Assembly (NCBI GenBank): GCA_043228905.1 | Contig: JBHGNT010000017.1 | Location: 4,464,001-4,528,000 of the forward strand | DNA length: 64,000 bases | Direction of reading: 5' to 3' | Source: Azolla caroliniana | Lineage: Eukaryota > Plantae > Polypodiophyta | Part shown: one piece after another, positions 37,951-50,983 of the stretch | How the letters are laid out: each line of letters starts with the position of its first letter | Position numbering within the stretch: the first letter of the stretch is position 1 | The notes under the pieces: model-generated | The model's input: the letters and a program-made list of their open reading frames with translations, nothing else | Told to the model about the DNA's origin: nothing | The model's database searches: none | Program-made: the position numbers and the translations under genes

Positions 37951-39919
37951 GTCTAGAGACTTCGGCGTTTGTGTCCGAGAACCAACGTGAGACCGGAGAG
38001 ACGGATGGTGGCAAAAAGGAAGACAAGGACAAAGATAGTACAGACAATGACGACGACCAAATTTCCTCGACACTCTTTCCAGACACTTGGGCAATTGCGT
38101 CCGAGAACCGATGTAAGACCCAAGAGATAGGAGGTGATGGCAAAGAACCGAAGGCCGAAAGTAATACATACGGCAAAAGACGGAAGCTAGCGGCGAGGAA
38201 GCAAAGGTCAATGCTGATTCGCGCAACGACAGCAAGGAGGCAAAGATCAATGTTGATTCAAGAAACATTAAGATGGAAATGGCTAAGTGCGGCACGAAAA
38301 AGGCAAACGACATAAATGTATAGGTCCCTCCACACTCTTTCCGGAGACTTGGGCTTTAACTGATGTAAGACCCAAGAGAAGGATAGTGACGGGGAAGAAG
38401 TAAGGGTTAAAGCTAATGCGTGCAACGAAGAATTTGCGCAAAATATGGCAAGGGATAACGATGGCCAAGCGAGCCATGAGGATTTGACGGATGTGATCAA
38501 AACATCTATCAAAGACACTGCTGTGAATGAGTCCAAGTGCCTTGAGCAAGGAAACGATCGAGACAAAGGTGGTACATTTATGAGACTTAAACGATTATCC
38601 TCAAGAAGGGAGCAAGGGGCCATGACAACAAGTCATGGTAAAGCAAAGAAAAGACGAATGATATGGTGGATTGGCTAGTAACCATGATTCGAGTGCAAAG
38701 GAAAGGACAAGCTCGACGTGGAGGAGTCATGCTGATCACCATTGCCGAAATCTCACTTTCTCTCTTCTTGGCACGTACTAGAGGACGTGCGGTTTGGTGG
38801 GGGTGGATGTCGTGAAGATTTTCGGCAATGGTGTGAAAATCACATAAAACATACAAAATCAAGTGTCAATCATATAAAACAATAATAGTGAATATACTAA
38901 TTCTAAGTAAGTTTAATATCTTAGTATAAAAGACGAAGATCTTGAAGAGGTGCACTTTACTACATAAGAAACGGATATCTAAGTGTCAACTTATGTGGGT
39001 AAGAAGTTGCGAAAGAAAAAGAGAAAATTATGAGATATCCCACATAGACAGGACGAATAAGGCTCTCACCATATATAAGGTAGAGCAAAAGTTATTATCT
39101 TTGTGTCTATGTGTGGAGCATAGAGAGTTCAAGGTAACTTGAACTAAGAGTGGAGGTGGCCTAGCTACTTGTAAATGTTTTGGCCAACCAAAACCGGACC
39201 GGCGATGGAGCCGGTGATCCTGCGGCAGCCGGCAAAGCGATGGTGACACACCGGCAACTGGTGATCCAGTGGAACCGTCATCCGGCCGAGAAAGAGACGG
39301 TGAGCCAGTGGAACCGACATCCGACGGCAATCGGCAACCGGCGAGGCGACGACATCCACCGGTAACCGACGACATCCGGTGACTAGATAAATAAATATAT
39401 AAATATATATACATATACATAGAAGGAGGGCAAGTAAGGATTCAAACCTTGCACCTCAAATTAGGAGTCAATTGGCTTACCACTAAGCGAAGATATTTAG
39501 TTAAAATTATATTTCTATCATTGTAGATTTACATATAAATTCTCATACATGAGAGCTAAAATGAGTAACATGGTTATCATGCACCACATGTAATACATGA
39601 GCGCCAAATGGCAAACATGCATTTTATGCATGTCTTGAACCCTCAAATGCATGAGGGCATCTATAAAAGAGGGAATTTAATATTAAGAAGAAAATTTGTT
39701 ATCCTTTGGATGATATACCTTGTTCTTGAAATCTAAAGTCAAGAGTTCTTAATCTCTCTCTCAATCAAAAATCAAGCGTTCTATCTTATCTCAATCTCTC
39801 TCTTTCAATCTATCTTAATTCCTTTCTCGCTAAAGCTTGCGCCAACTTCGAGTCTTTCCGGTCCAGAACCCCGGCAGTTCCGCCTCACGATCCGCGCGTA
39901 ATGACGGATCTTCACGACA
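37951..39919 (+). mobile_element. Element B remnant: non-coding internal 3' region, PPT, 1112-bp 3' LTR (38808-39919)
   Basis: PPT GGTTTGGTGGGGGTGGA; perfect 12-bp inverted termini TGTCGTGAAGAT/ATCTTCACGACA; right flank CCGG. Confidence 0.82.
39428..39497 (-). ncRNA. tRNA-like Pol III module in LTR B (Arg-CCT-like)
   Basis: Minus strand reads GCTT-AGTGGT-AAGC (D arm), TTGA-CTCCTAA (loop), GAGGTG, CAAGG-TTTGAAT-CCTTA (T arm). No acceptor stem. Confidence 0.7.
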
Positions 39920-42097
39920 CCGGAAGACGTTACGAAATCGGATACACCACATCTTGACCGGAGACTTCGGCGGTTCACGTTCCCGACATGCGAAAAAGGA
40001 AGACCCAAGATAAGGGTCAGAGATACAACAAGCCCGAGGAGGATCCTTCATACCGGTTTTAGAGACTCCGGCAGTCGGCCGAGAGCCGGCATGAGACCTA
40101 GAGTGACGAATGGTGGCGGTAAGGGGACAAGGGTGGAAGGCAACAAAAGGCCGATCCGATGGGTTCCTCACACCAATCCGGAGACACCGGCAGTTCAGGC
40201 CAACGTGGCAACATGAGACCGAGAGACAAGGATGGTGGCGGTAGGAAACAGAACCCGATGATGAAGGAAGTGCGGATGGGCGATCCTACGACGATCCTCA
40301 CACCGATCCGGAGACACCGGCAGTTCAAGCCGACGTGGCAACGGGAGACCGAGTGAGAAGGATGGTGGCGGCAAGTGAATGGGATCAAGCAGGAGGGGCG
40401 AAGGCAGAGCGGCAAGGAGGTATCGGGCCAGCAAGGCGGCCACAAAACCAAAACTGGACCTTCCGGCAAGGTCAAAAGTAGGAAAGAAAGGCGTTCCTAT
40501 GAGATCCTCACACCAATTTGGAGACACCGGCAGTTCAAGACAACATGACAACGCAAGACCGAGTGAGAAGGATGGTGGCGGCAGGAAACGGGAACCAACG
40601 ATGCAAGAAGAGCAAACCGGGAGCCGGCAAGGCCAGAGTTGATGAGGGCCGAACCCTTACCGGCCGGTTATGGTTTCGGAAGGAAGTCGGTGAGGCGTAA
40701 GCTCGGAGTAGAACAAGAGTGTGGGAGTGGCCATCGAGGGCCAAAGCAAAGCATGAGTGCTGGACGGTGTTCGGCACAGGCAGGTCGAACAAGGACGACG
40801 GAAGACGGCACACGGCGGTGCCAAGAACAAGAGCGCGGCACACGGAGGCCTTAGAGCGGAACTTTGGCAGTTCAAGCCACCGAGGCAACGTAAGACCAAG
40901 GAGAAGGAAGGTGGTGGCGAGGGGACGAAGGCGATGGGCAACAACACGGGATGGCAACAGGGGCTACACGAAGGGCACCGACATGGAGGTCGGGGTGACG
41001 GCATGCTCTACCATGAAAAAGCGCAACAAGCAAGGGGAAACATCAAGCACGTATTTAGAGAACAACGACGAAACCCAGAAAGAGCCTACCGGAGGTGAGC
41101 GCAGAATGAAGGGAGTTGGTATGACGTGTTTGGGGTGAGGAGAAGGTCGAGCCGGAACAGGAACACTCGCGGTACGCGAGATGTGGCATCCAGCGAGCAA
41201 TCGAAGTAACGGGGGGGGTCTAACTGGAGGACATGCACGACGAGCTAAGGAAGAGAGACCGGGTCAGCAACGGTGTTTGGGAGGGTTGGTCAAAGAAGAA
41301 GGTGTGTGCGGTGGACGTGGTGGATCGGATGGAGCCGACGGGTCGGCGCCGGCAAGGAACCGGCAAGACGGTTGGGTGCCGAGAAGGTGAAGAACCCGGT
41401 TGATCACCATAGCCAAAATCTCTCACCCCTTTCCTTTCTTGGCACATACCGGTGGATGTGCGGTTTGGTGGGGGTGGATGTCGTGAAGATTTCCAACTAT
41501 AGTGTGAAACTGGGGTGGAATGGGCAAGTCGGTGGCGTGCAACATGTGCACATGTATAGTAGGAAACGGTGTATAGAATAAGGAGGAGTATTTATCCCAC
41601 ATTGTAACACATCCCTCTCCTTGGTATACCATTTTTGAGTCTCTTGTGAAGGGGTTGCCCATTTTTGAGTCGTAAGGGTATACCATTTTGTAGAGGGTCG
41701 TTTTGTTAAGAATTTCTAGGGTTAGTAACTGTCTTGTGGTCTTCTTCTTCTTCTCCTTCTTGAGAAGTTGGGCACAATAGCCATGGCGACAAAGCTTTGT
41801 TAGGTTTAACGTCTTTTCTTCTGAGTCTAGCCCGGCTCGAAGCCGGGGTTGTATCTTTTCCTTTGTAATATATACGCTTGTATCTGCTTGTGCATGTTGG
41901 TGTATCCAGTGGTTTTGGGAGCATAGCCCTCCGTTCCCTATGCATAAGAGTCGGTGTCGTGCGCACGCTCTCTCTCTCTCGTGTTCGGTCGCCTCCGGGT
42001 CGTGTTCGGAGTCGGTTTTCTTGGCATTCCCTTTTCCCTCGTCCAAGACCCCCATGGTCCCGCCCCTTTCTACACGCATGCGCGTAATAATGCGACA
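39920..42097 (+). mobile_element. Element C remnant: non-coding internal region, PPT, 619-bp 3' LTR (41479-42097)
   Basis: PPT as above; TGTCGTG...TGCGACA termini; U5 motif CAAGACCCCCRTGGTCCCGCCCC shared with other family LTRs. Confidence 0.8.
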
Positions 42098-42320
42098 ATG
42101 GTGTCGTAGTGTAATTCGCACACTACGTGAAAAATTGCATTTTCGATCTCTCCGGATAGGACATGGAGTACCCAGTGAGAACGGAAGGAGGAACCAGTAA
42201 GAACCGAACCCGGTAAGGAGACCCGGTGAGAACCGGATGAAGAAGGCCGATGAGAGTCTCTCACAGATGAAGATACATATTTGCAAATAGAAGAAAGTAT
42301 AAAAATATATACTACATGCA

Positions 42321-42388
42321 TAGGGCAAGATTCAAACCTTGCACCTCCCTGTTTATAATGTAAAGCCTTACCATTACACTAACATATC
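42321..42388 (-). ncRNA. tRNA-like Pol III module in LTR D (identical copy at 45175-45242)
   Basis: Minus strand reads TAGTGTAATGGTAAGG (A box)...GAGGTGCAAGGTTTGAATCTTG (B box, T arm); 19 nt identical to the LTR B module. Confidence 0.62.
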
Positions 42389-42954
42389 ATTAGTGGTAAA
42401 TAAAAGGAAACGTCCCACATAGAAAGGTAAGTTCACGCTAGGATAAACTTTAGTTAGACGAAAATGCATGATAAAAGAAAAGGCTACGCATGCACATGTA
42501 GCGTGCATGAACACCATAGTCGATAAAACGCATCAAGTTAGAAAAAGTAGGATCACTTTAGAAAAAGCATGTTAGAGAAAACATAGTTAGAGAAAATGCA
42601 TGGATTGTGAAGACTCTCTCATCACTATATAAGGATGAGGAGCACAATGTAATAGGGGTGTGAAATATTTGTGAAATTGGATATATTTCCTAAAACACCA
42701 ATTAATATAATCGTGGGATTCATGAAGTTTTATATAATCTATCTCTTCCAATCTATGATAAATTGTTATTAGGATTCTAAATATTAATAAATCTAATAAT
42801 CTATACTTGTGGGATTCACAAGTTTCTATCTCTCTTTCTAATAATCTATACATAACCATAAAATTGTCTCAAATTCTTCCTCCTCCTAGTCCAAAACCCC
42901 AACGGTTCCCACCTGACTCACGCAACGATCCGGCGCTGAAAGGCACGACACAAG

Positions 42955-42972
42955 TGGTGAACCCGACGTGAA
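42955..42972 (+). promoter_or_regulatory. primer binding site complementary to tRNA-Trp(CCA)
   Basis: TGGTGAACCCGACGTGAA is the reverse complement of the plant tRNA-Trp 3' end TTCACGTCGGGTTCACCA (tRNA sequence recalled, not searched). Confidence 0.85.
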
Positions 42973-45805
42973 AGCGGGTGGCAAGGAGATGGAGAATCAA
43001 CAAGAGGCGATGAGCATAATGATGATGATGATTGGGCGGATGCAACAAGAACAATGCTTGATGTCGGAGATCAAATCGGAAGTAGAGCGGCTTGTGCAAA
43101 GAAACGGGCAATTTAACGGAAAGGATGTGACACGTTATCTATGTGACTACAAGGGGGCGATGATGTGACATGGGATACCAGAAGAATTGCAAGTGATATC
43201 CTTCAGTCGGGTGGCCACGGATGAGCTACAAGAGAGAATCCACAAGATACAGCAACAAAACCCAACATGGGGGTCCTTTAAAGAAGCTTTACCAAAGGCA
43301 TATGATTACGATAGACCGAAGGGACGAGATCGGCGAGAGTTTGATGAATGGGTGGCATCGGAGAAGACCCAATGAAGTGCAACACAAGCATTCCTAGAGT
43401 TCGAGCATCATTTTGCTCAACTCTTGGAGTGGGAACAAAGATTGTTGGGGGAGGATAAAGTCCTAATGTTCGTAAGATCGATCGATTGATCAAAAAGAAA
43501 GGATGGACATTGGGATCCAACTCGAAGATGATGACGGTGCAAATGGCCTTTCCGAGGATTGGGCTAAAGTCGAAAGAGTATGCCGAAGACACGATAAGAG
43601 GAAGATGAGAATATCGCCGGCAACAACATGGCCTATAAGGGATGATCAATTAAGGATGAACGATGTGGCTTATACGAAGGCCGAAATACAATCTGATGGT
43701 ACCACGGGAGAGAGTGTGGAATAAGTCACCCTCTTGTCTTGCAAAAGAACGATGGCCAAGGATAAGGTTGATGACTTGAGAGTGGCGAACACCACTTCAA
43801 GAATGGAAGAAGGTTTCGGAATACAAGTATCCGAAACATCGGGTGAAAAGGGGTAAGCATAATCGATGCTTGCATGATCGAGGGAGATAAAGAGTGCAAG
43901 GCGGACTTGATTGAGGAGGTCCCCACGAAAGATGACATCGAATCGGAGGTGGCTATGGACGAAGCGGATGGCCGTATGAAGACTTTCCCACCACTAGTTC
44001 TAGAGACTTCGGTAGTTGCGTTCGAAAGACAACCTGAGACCGAAGAGATGGAAGGTGGCGGAGAGAAAACAAAGTTTGAATCCGATGCATACGACGGAGA
44101 GATAGCCAAGAAGGTGGCTATGGGTGAAACAACGAAGAACGATAATACCGAGGATTCCTACCCACTAATCATAGAGACTTCGGCGGTTGTGTTTGAGAAG
44201 CAACGTGAGACCGGAGAGACGGGAGGTGGCAGCAAGAAAAGTAAAGACGGAAGCTGGTTCGGATGGAAGATGATCTGGATGGAATTCCGATCCAAAAGAA
44301 AGCCGACCCGAAAGGGGGTAGACTCGGTCAAAACCGATCCACCGAGTCCAATTCGGCCGAACGCGAATATGGATGGAAGCCGACCTAGCCGAAAGCCGAT
44401 TGGACGAGACCGATCCGGAAAGAAGTTAATCTGACTCAGTCGGAGGTTGAACCGGTCGAGGCCAGTGAACACGAGGAAAAGAAAGCCAACCGAAACCGAA
44501 ACTGATAGATCGAACCCGGCCCGGACGGGGGCCGACTCGATCGAAACCGATCAACCGAGTCCGATTTGGCTGAATATGAATCCGATCGGAAGTCGATCCA
44601 ACCAAAAACCGATCAAACGAGACCAATCCGGAAAGAAGGTAATCCGACTCAAATGGAGGTCGAGGCAATCGAGATCGGTGAACACGAGCAAGACGCCAAA
44701 CAGGCACACTACCACAGATGACAAGGGCCAAACGGATTTGAAGAGTGTTACCAAGGATGAGATCTCGACAAAGGAGGGCTATAACATGAAGATTGTCAAC
44801 TCTAACGCGAGATTAGAGTTGAGAATCAAGCAAGACCGACGACCAAGCACGACCGGCGACGAAACCAACCGGGCGGAGATCGGACGGACAAGACTAACAA
44901 TCACTGATAGCTTCGGCACATACCAGAGGATGTGCGGGTTCGGAGGGGGCAAGTGTCGTAGTGTAATTTGCACACTACATGAAAATTTGCATTTTTGGTC
45001 TCTCCGGATTGGACATGGAGTACCAGATGAGAACCGGAAGGAGGAACCGGTAAGAACCGAACCCGGTAAGGAGACCTGGTGAGAGCCGGATGAAGAAGGC
45101 CGATGAGAGTCTCTCACCAGATGAAGATACATATTTGTAAATAGAAGAAAGTATAAAAATATATACTACATGCATAGGGCAAGATTCAAACCTTGCACCT
45201 CCCTGTTTATAATGTAAAGCCTTACCATTACACTAACATATCATTAGTGTTAAAAAAAAGTAAACGTCCCACATAGAAAGGTAAGTTCACGCTAGGATAA
45301 ACTTTAGTTAGACGAAAATGCATGATAAAAGAAAAAGCTACGCATGCACATGTAGCGTGCATGAACACCATAGTCGATAAAAACGCATCAAGTTAGAAAA
45401 AGTAGGATCACTTTAGAAAAAGCATGTTAGAGAAAACATAGTTAGAGAAAAAGCATGGATTGTGAAGACTCTCTCATCACTATATAAGGATGAGGAGCAC
45501 AATGTAATAGGGGTGTGAAATATTTGTGAAATTGGATATATTTCCTAAAACACCAATTAATATAATCGTGGGATTCATGAAGTTTTATATAATCTATCTC
45601 TTCCAATCTATGATAAATTGTTATTAGGATTCTAAATATTAATAAATCTAATAATCTATACTTGTGGGATTCACACGTTTCTATCTCTCTTTCTAATAAT
45701 CTATACATAACTATAAACTTGTCTCAAATTCGTCCTCCTCCTAGTCCAAAACCCTAGCGGTTCCCACCCGACTCACACAACGATCTGGCGCCGAAAGGCA
45801 CGACA

Positions 45806-46783
45806 ACGACACCTTACGCTTCATCTAGGACCTACAACCTATTAATCAAGTGACAATCCGAAATGCAGGGGTCAGGCCGAATGTTGACGAATTCGCCGAG
45901 GCCTTCACTGGAAGGTCTATTTATTCGATGGTTGATCTATACTCATGGTATGATCTATTCCAACTAGCCGTGGAGAGTAGGGACGTCACCACGATTTGGA
46001 CCCCTATCGGCCTAGTGCGAATGTGTACCTTGCCACAAGGAGGCACTAACTCTGTAGCCCACATGGTAAATGCAATGAACAAGGTATTGAGAGATTGCAT
46101 CCCCGACATCACCATGTTATTCCTCGATGACATCCCCATAAAAGGGTGCTCTGAAGCGGAGAAAGATGAAACCTTGGACAAGGATGGGTGCAGACGTTTT
46201 GTGGTAGATCACATCTCTGATTGCGGGAAGGTTCTACAAAGACTTGAAGATGCACGTTTGACCTTCTCGGGTGAGAAATTGGCATTCGGTCAACCAGAGA
46301 TTCTTGTGGTGGGACACTTGTGCGGGGTTTACGGATTTGAGGGCGAAAGCGACATGGTGTTTGAATATGAGGATGTTGCTCTTGACTTCTTTAAGACGGC
46401 CCAAGCGTCTATAGATGATCGAGATGTGCGAGTACTCCACGCCTTCAATGAAAGTGAATACGAAGGGGAGTGGCTACACATTGGCAAGTTCTTAAGCTCA
46501 ATGACAGTGGATAGGTCATGGTTGAAGGAGGAAGCACAAAGAGCCCGAACGAAAGCATACAAGTACTTCGTACGAGGGGGATTCCTCTGGAGGCACCCGA
46601 AGAGAAGGACAGGGATGCCACAACAAGTGGTCATAAAGGAAGAGGACCAGACAACATTGGTGACTAAGTTCCACGAGAGTCCTTGATTGGGCCATAGAGG
46701 AACGTGGGCAACATTCGAGAAGTTAAAGGAGAAGTATTGGTGGCCAGGAATGTACAAGGATATAGCCCATTTCGTGGAGACGT
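45806..46783 (+). pseudogene. Element A pol remnant (RT, RNase H deleted, integrase N-terminus)
   Basis: DEFAEAF...LPQGGTNSVAH...FLDDIPIKG; jumps from GHLCGVYG to post-RNase H sequence; GHRGTWATFEKLKEKYWWP. Confidence 0.88.
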
Positions 46784-47525
46784 TGTCGCGTTTTTACGCG
46801 CGTGCGTGTGAAAGGGGTAGGACCACGGGGGTCTTGAACCGAGGAGCCAGAGAGAGAGAGACAGAGAGAGAGATTTGTAGATACGCGAAGTGAGAAGGAG
46901 GGATACAGAACGTAACACTTGATTTCAATAACAAGAGATTGCAATGACAAGAATACAACTTTGACGGTTACAACCGACAAGGCGGCGATGGACCCGACAC
47001 GGGGATCCTACTCACACACACAGACAACACTCGCTCGACTCCCAGAAACAAAAACAAAAGGGTGGAGGGGGGGGGAGAGCCTCTACTGGACGCACACGGG
47101 TTGTCCACGAAGCAGAGGCAACGAACTCCCAACCCACAAAGACCGATGACCGGAGGAGAAGAGAGAGCTCGGCACTCAGATCTGCAGCAACACTTCGTCC
47201 TCCCTAGCGCCCGATGCCCTCTCCCCTCTCTCCTCTCCTTTTTATATCCCCATCCTCCTGTCAATTCGCTTTATTCCCTATCCCTCTTGACAGAGATACG
47301 CACAATCCCCTAATAAATGTGTGCTACTTAGTATTTACATCCACCGATCCATTTATGAATCGTGTACAAAATATCAAGTCACGCGTCCATCTGTGTAATA
47401 GCCGGTTCATGTGCTTTTCTCTCCGATTCCGCCTATGGCCGGTTTTCTTCACCACATCCACCCCCAACAAACCGCGCATCCACCAACATGCGCTAGAGAC
47501 GGGTAGATACCGAAGAAAACCGGCC

Positions 47526-50500
47526 TCACTCGTTGCTCTCCGATTCTCCACCGGACCCGAACTGATCGTCGTTGTCGCTCCCGCTCGTAGGCTCCGGCTT
47601 GTCTTCGAACCACTTTTTGAACGCTTTGATCCGCTTCCCGGCCACCGGCACCGCTAACCGTGTCCCGTCGAGTTCCGCGAGGTGGTACGTGCCGTTGTCG
47701 TTCGCGCTCATCACCGTGTAGGGCCCGAACCATCTCCTAGCGAACTTTCGCACCGCCTTGTGCTGATTGTCGAGGCTGCTGTCGTATACCAAGACCCAGT
47801 CGCCTTCCTCGATCTTCTTTGGTTGCAACCAGTGCGTCCGGTTGAACTGGGTCTTGTTCCGCTCCCTTGCCGCTCACAGCTTTACCTTTGCCTGTATCAC
47901 GTCCTCCGGCCTCCGCTCGAGTTGCCGAATCCGCGCCACCAGCAACTCCTCCCGGCTCATTTCGTCCTTCCAATCTACTGCCGCCCATGAAGAAACCGTC
48001 CATTCCACCGGCACGATCAGCTTCTGTCCGTACATCAGCTCTGCCGGCATAAACCCTGTCACCGAGCTGTGCGTAGTTCGGTCCGCCCATAGTGCGTAAG
48101 GAAGGAGCCGCGGCCGATTCCTGACCTGTCCTCCGCATGCACGCACCAACACCTTTACGATAGGCTCGTGCCCTCGTTCTACCTTTCTGTTCGCCTCCGG
48201 ATTGTACGCCGTAGTGAGGGAGAGTTTGACGCCTAGCCGGTCGAACAGCTCCTCAGCTTCCCGCGCATCCAGCTCTCCCCGGTCCGCCACAATCCTCCCG
48301 ACGCACCCGTACCGACACACTACTTCTTCGATCAGGAACCGGCATACCGCCATGGTTGTCTTGCTTTGCAGTGCACGACCTTCCACCTGGTTCGTTAAGT
48401 CTTCCCGTGCAAGCATCATGTATCGCATCTGTCCTACCCCCATCGGCATCGTCACCAAGTCCACCATCCACTTGAAATGAACCGTAGGCGGGTAGGTCGG
48501 GTGTAGCTCGTCCCAGTGTCGGACTATGGAGTGCATCTGACAGCTTTCACAAGTCGTTACGAACCGATGCACGTCCTGGTACAGCCCCGGCCACCAGTAC
48601 TTCTCCTTCAGCTTCTCGAACGTGGCCCACGTTCCGCGGGGCTCTCGTGAAATGCGGCCAATAGTTCCCCATGTTCTTCTTTCTTTGCCACTACTCGGAG
48701 TGGGATGCCGCTTCTCTTCTTTGGGTGCCTCCATATGCACCCGTCCCGCAGGAAGAATCGGTACGCCTTTTTCGTACCCAGCTCGCCTCCTCTTTCGCCC
48801 ATGCTGCGTCTGGCGTCATCGTCCGTAGGAACCTCCCGATTTCGTCGTACCTGCTTTCGTCAAATTCGTTAAGCGCCGGAGTGTTCCCTTTCCTCGTCGT
48901 TACGTTAGCCGACCCGAAGAAGTCCTCGGCGACTTCTTCATCATCCGAAACCATGCCGTCTTTGTCGTTGAACCTTGCCCTCGAAAGCATGTCGGCCATG
49001 GCGTTGTCCTTTCCGGAGATGTGCCGTATCTCCGGGTTCAGGGACTTAATGTACGCTATCCACCGGAGCATTGCTAGGTCCGGCGTTGCGCATCCGGAAA
49101 CCATGCCGAGTATCGGTAGACAATCCGTCTCGATGATCACCTTCGTCCTGATCAGATAATCCTTGTCGGCCTTGACTGCCGAAACGACACCCCAAAGTTC
49201 GTGCTTAACTTGGGCATATCCTCGCTGCCGCTCGCTCAATACCTTCGCCACGAACCGGATCGGGAACCATACGCCGTCCTTGTCCTCCTGACTGATTACC
49301 CACCCGATCTCGGTCGGGCTGGTGTCCACCGTCACACAGATGGGAACATCCTTGCCGTAAACCGCTTTACGGAGAGCCGGCGCTACCGTAAGCGCCTCCT
49401 TTAGTCTCCGTACCGACTCCGTGTGTTCCGTCCTCCACTCAAAGCTACGCCCCTTTTTCAATAGTCCGTAGAGGGGTTCCATGACATGTGCGTAGTGTGG
49501 GATCCAGATGTGGTAGAACACGCATGCTCCCAAGAATCGGCGGACCTCCGTGACCAAATCGCAGTCATGCTTCATCGCGAAGATGGCTTCTACCTTGGCC
49601 GGAGATGGTTTCCGACCGTATGGTCCGCATAGGTGCCCGACGACCATGATCTCTGATTGCCCGAAGGCCGACTTTTCCCCGGAGAAGGTGAGCCTCGCGC
49701 CTTCTAGTCTCTGCAACACCTTCTCGCAGTCATCGATGTGGGACGCCACGAAATTCCGACATCCGTCCGGCCCGATTGCCTCGTCCCTTTTCTCCACCGG
49801 GCATCCCCTGATCGGGATGTCGTTTAAGAATGGCATGGTGATGTCCGGGATACAATCCCTGAGCACTTTGTTCATCGCGTTCACCATGTGAGCCACTGAG
49901 TTCGTCCCTCCTTGCGGCAGGGTACACATCCGCACTAGGCCGAGAGGAGTCCGCATCGTCGTAATGTCTCTGCTCTCCATGGCTAGTTGGAACTGATCGT
50001 ACCCCGAGTACAAATCACCAATAGAATAGATCGACCTTCCAGCGAAGGCCTCCGCGAACTCGTCTATGGTCGGTCCGATTCTTGCATTACAGATGGTCAC
50101 CTTCTTGACCGGTTGCAGGTCCTGAATGAAGCGCAACGTGCCGTTCTTCTTTGGCACCGTAAACCATCGATTCGAATACGGGGCACTCAACGGTTCGAGG
50201 ATGCCCATCTCCACCTTTTGCTTCAGGAGCTCCATCAACTTCGGGATGTGAGCTCTCGGCACCGGAATAGGCTTGAGATTCCACGATACATGCGGTACCG
50301 TGAAGATCACCATCAATTCGACAATTGTCGGGTCTACGCACCCGATCTCCTCCGGTGAGAATGCGAAAGCCTTCCCGTGCCTCTCGAGCATTCTCCGAAA
50401 CCGGTCCTCCTCCGCCGGCAGTAGAAAGCCGCCCCCACCGACCTTGAGCTCCCGTAGCGTTATGTCGGTGAACCAGTGCCCTATGCCAGCCGGATTCCGT

Positions 50501-50983
50501 AAACTTGGGTCCGACGCGACCCCTTTCATCCGCTCCTCGCTACCCTCCGACAAGGGTGCCGCGACTGGCCTCACCTTCCAGTCCACAGTCTTGTACTTTG
50601 TATCCACGCAGGCCATCCGATCTGACCCGATCCTTTCCCCGAAGTCCGTATGACTTCGTACATTCCCATTGACCCTACCGGAACGGTCTGGTCTTCTCTA
50701 AGGTCCTCACCGATCACCTTTCGCAGTTCGCTCAAGGTGTCATCAAAAGAGACTGCCTCCACGGTGCCATTGATGTCTTCGTCGGGGAAGAGGACTCCGC
50801 GTCCCCTAAGCCGCTCCTCCGCTCGCTTCCTCTCCCAGCCGCTGACGCCAGTTATAGTACAACCTCCGTTGTCAGAGAACCAAAATTTCCTACCTATGGT
50901 ACAGGTCTTCTTCCGTACTGTACATTTGTGGGGTTCTTTCCGGGTGTCCGGACTATCGCGGCCCCACCCCTTGATAGCCCTCT
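47526..50983 (-). pseudogene. Element E pol (RT-RNase H-integrase), disrupted
   Basis: ORF 48691-50616 (YSNRWFTVPKKNG, DLYSGYDQ, LPQGGTNS, VTVDTSP, ETDCLP, NAMADMLSR); integrase in 47874-48740 and 47526-47828 (GPY motif). Confidence 0.92.

Larger units (their letters stand above)
42102..45805 (+). mobile_element. Element D: complete non-autonomous gag-only LTR element, 3.7 kb
   Basis: LTRs 42102-42950 and 44954-45805 (about 96% identical by eye). Trp PBS at 42955-42972. Degenerate gag at 42968-43724 (GQFNGKDVTRYL, homologous to GRFGGKDATSYL at 52552-53118). No pol. PPT GGAGGGGGCAAG. Confidence 0.92.
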
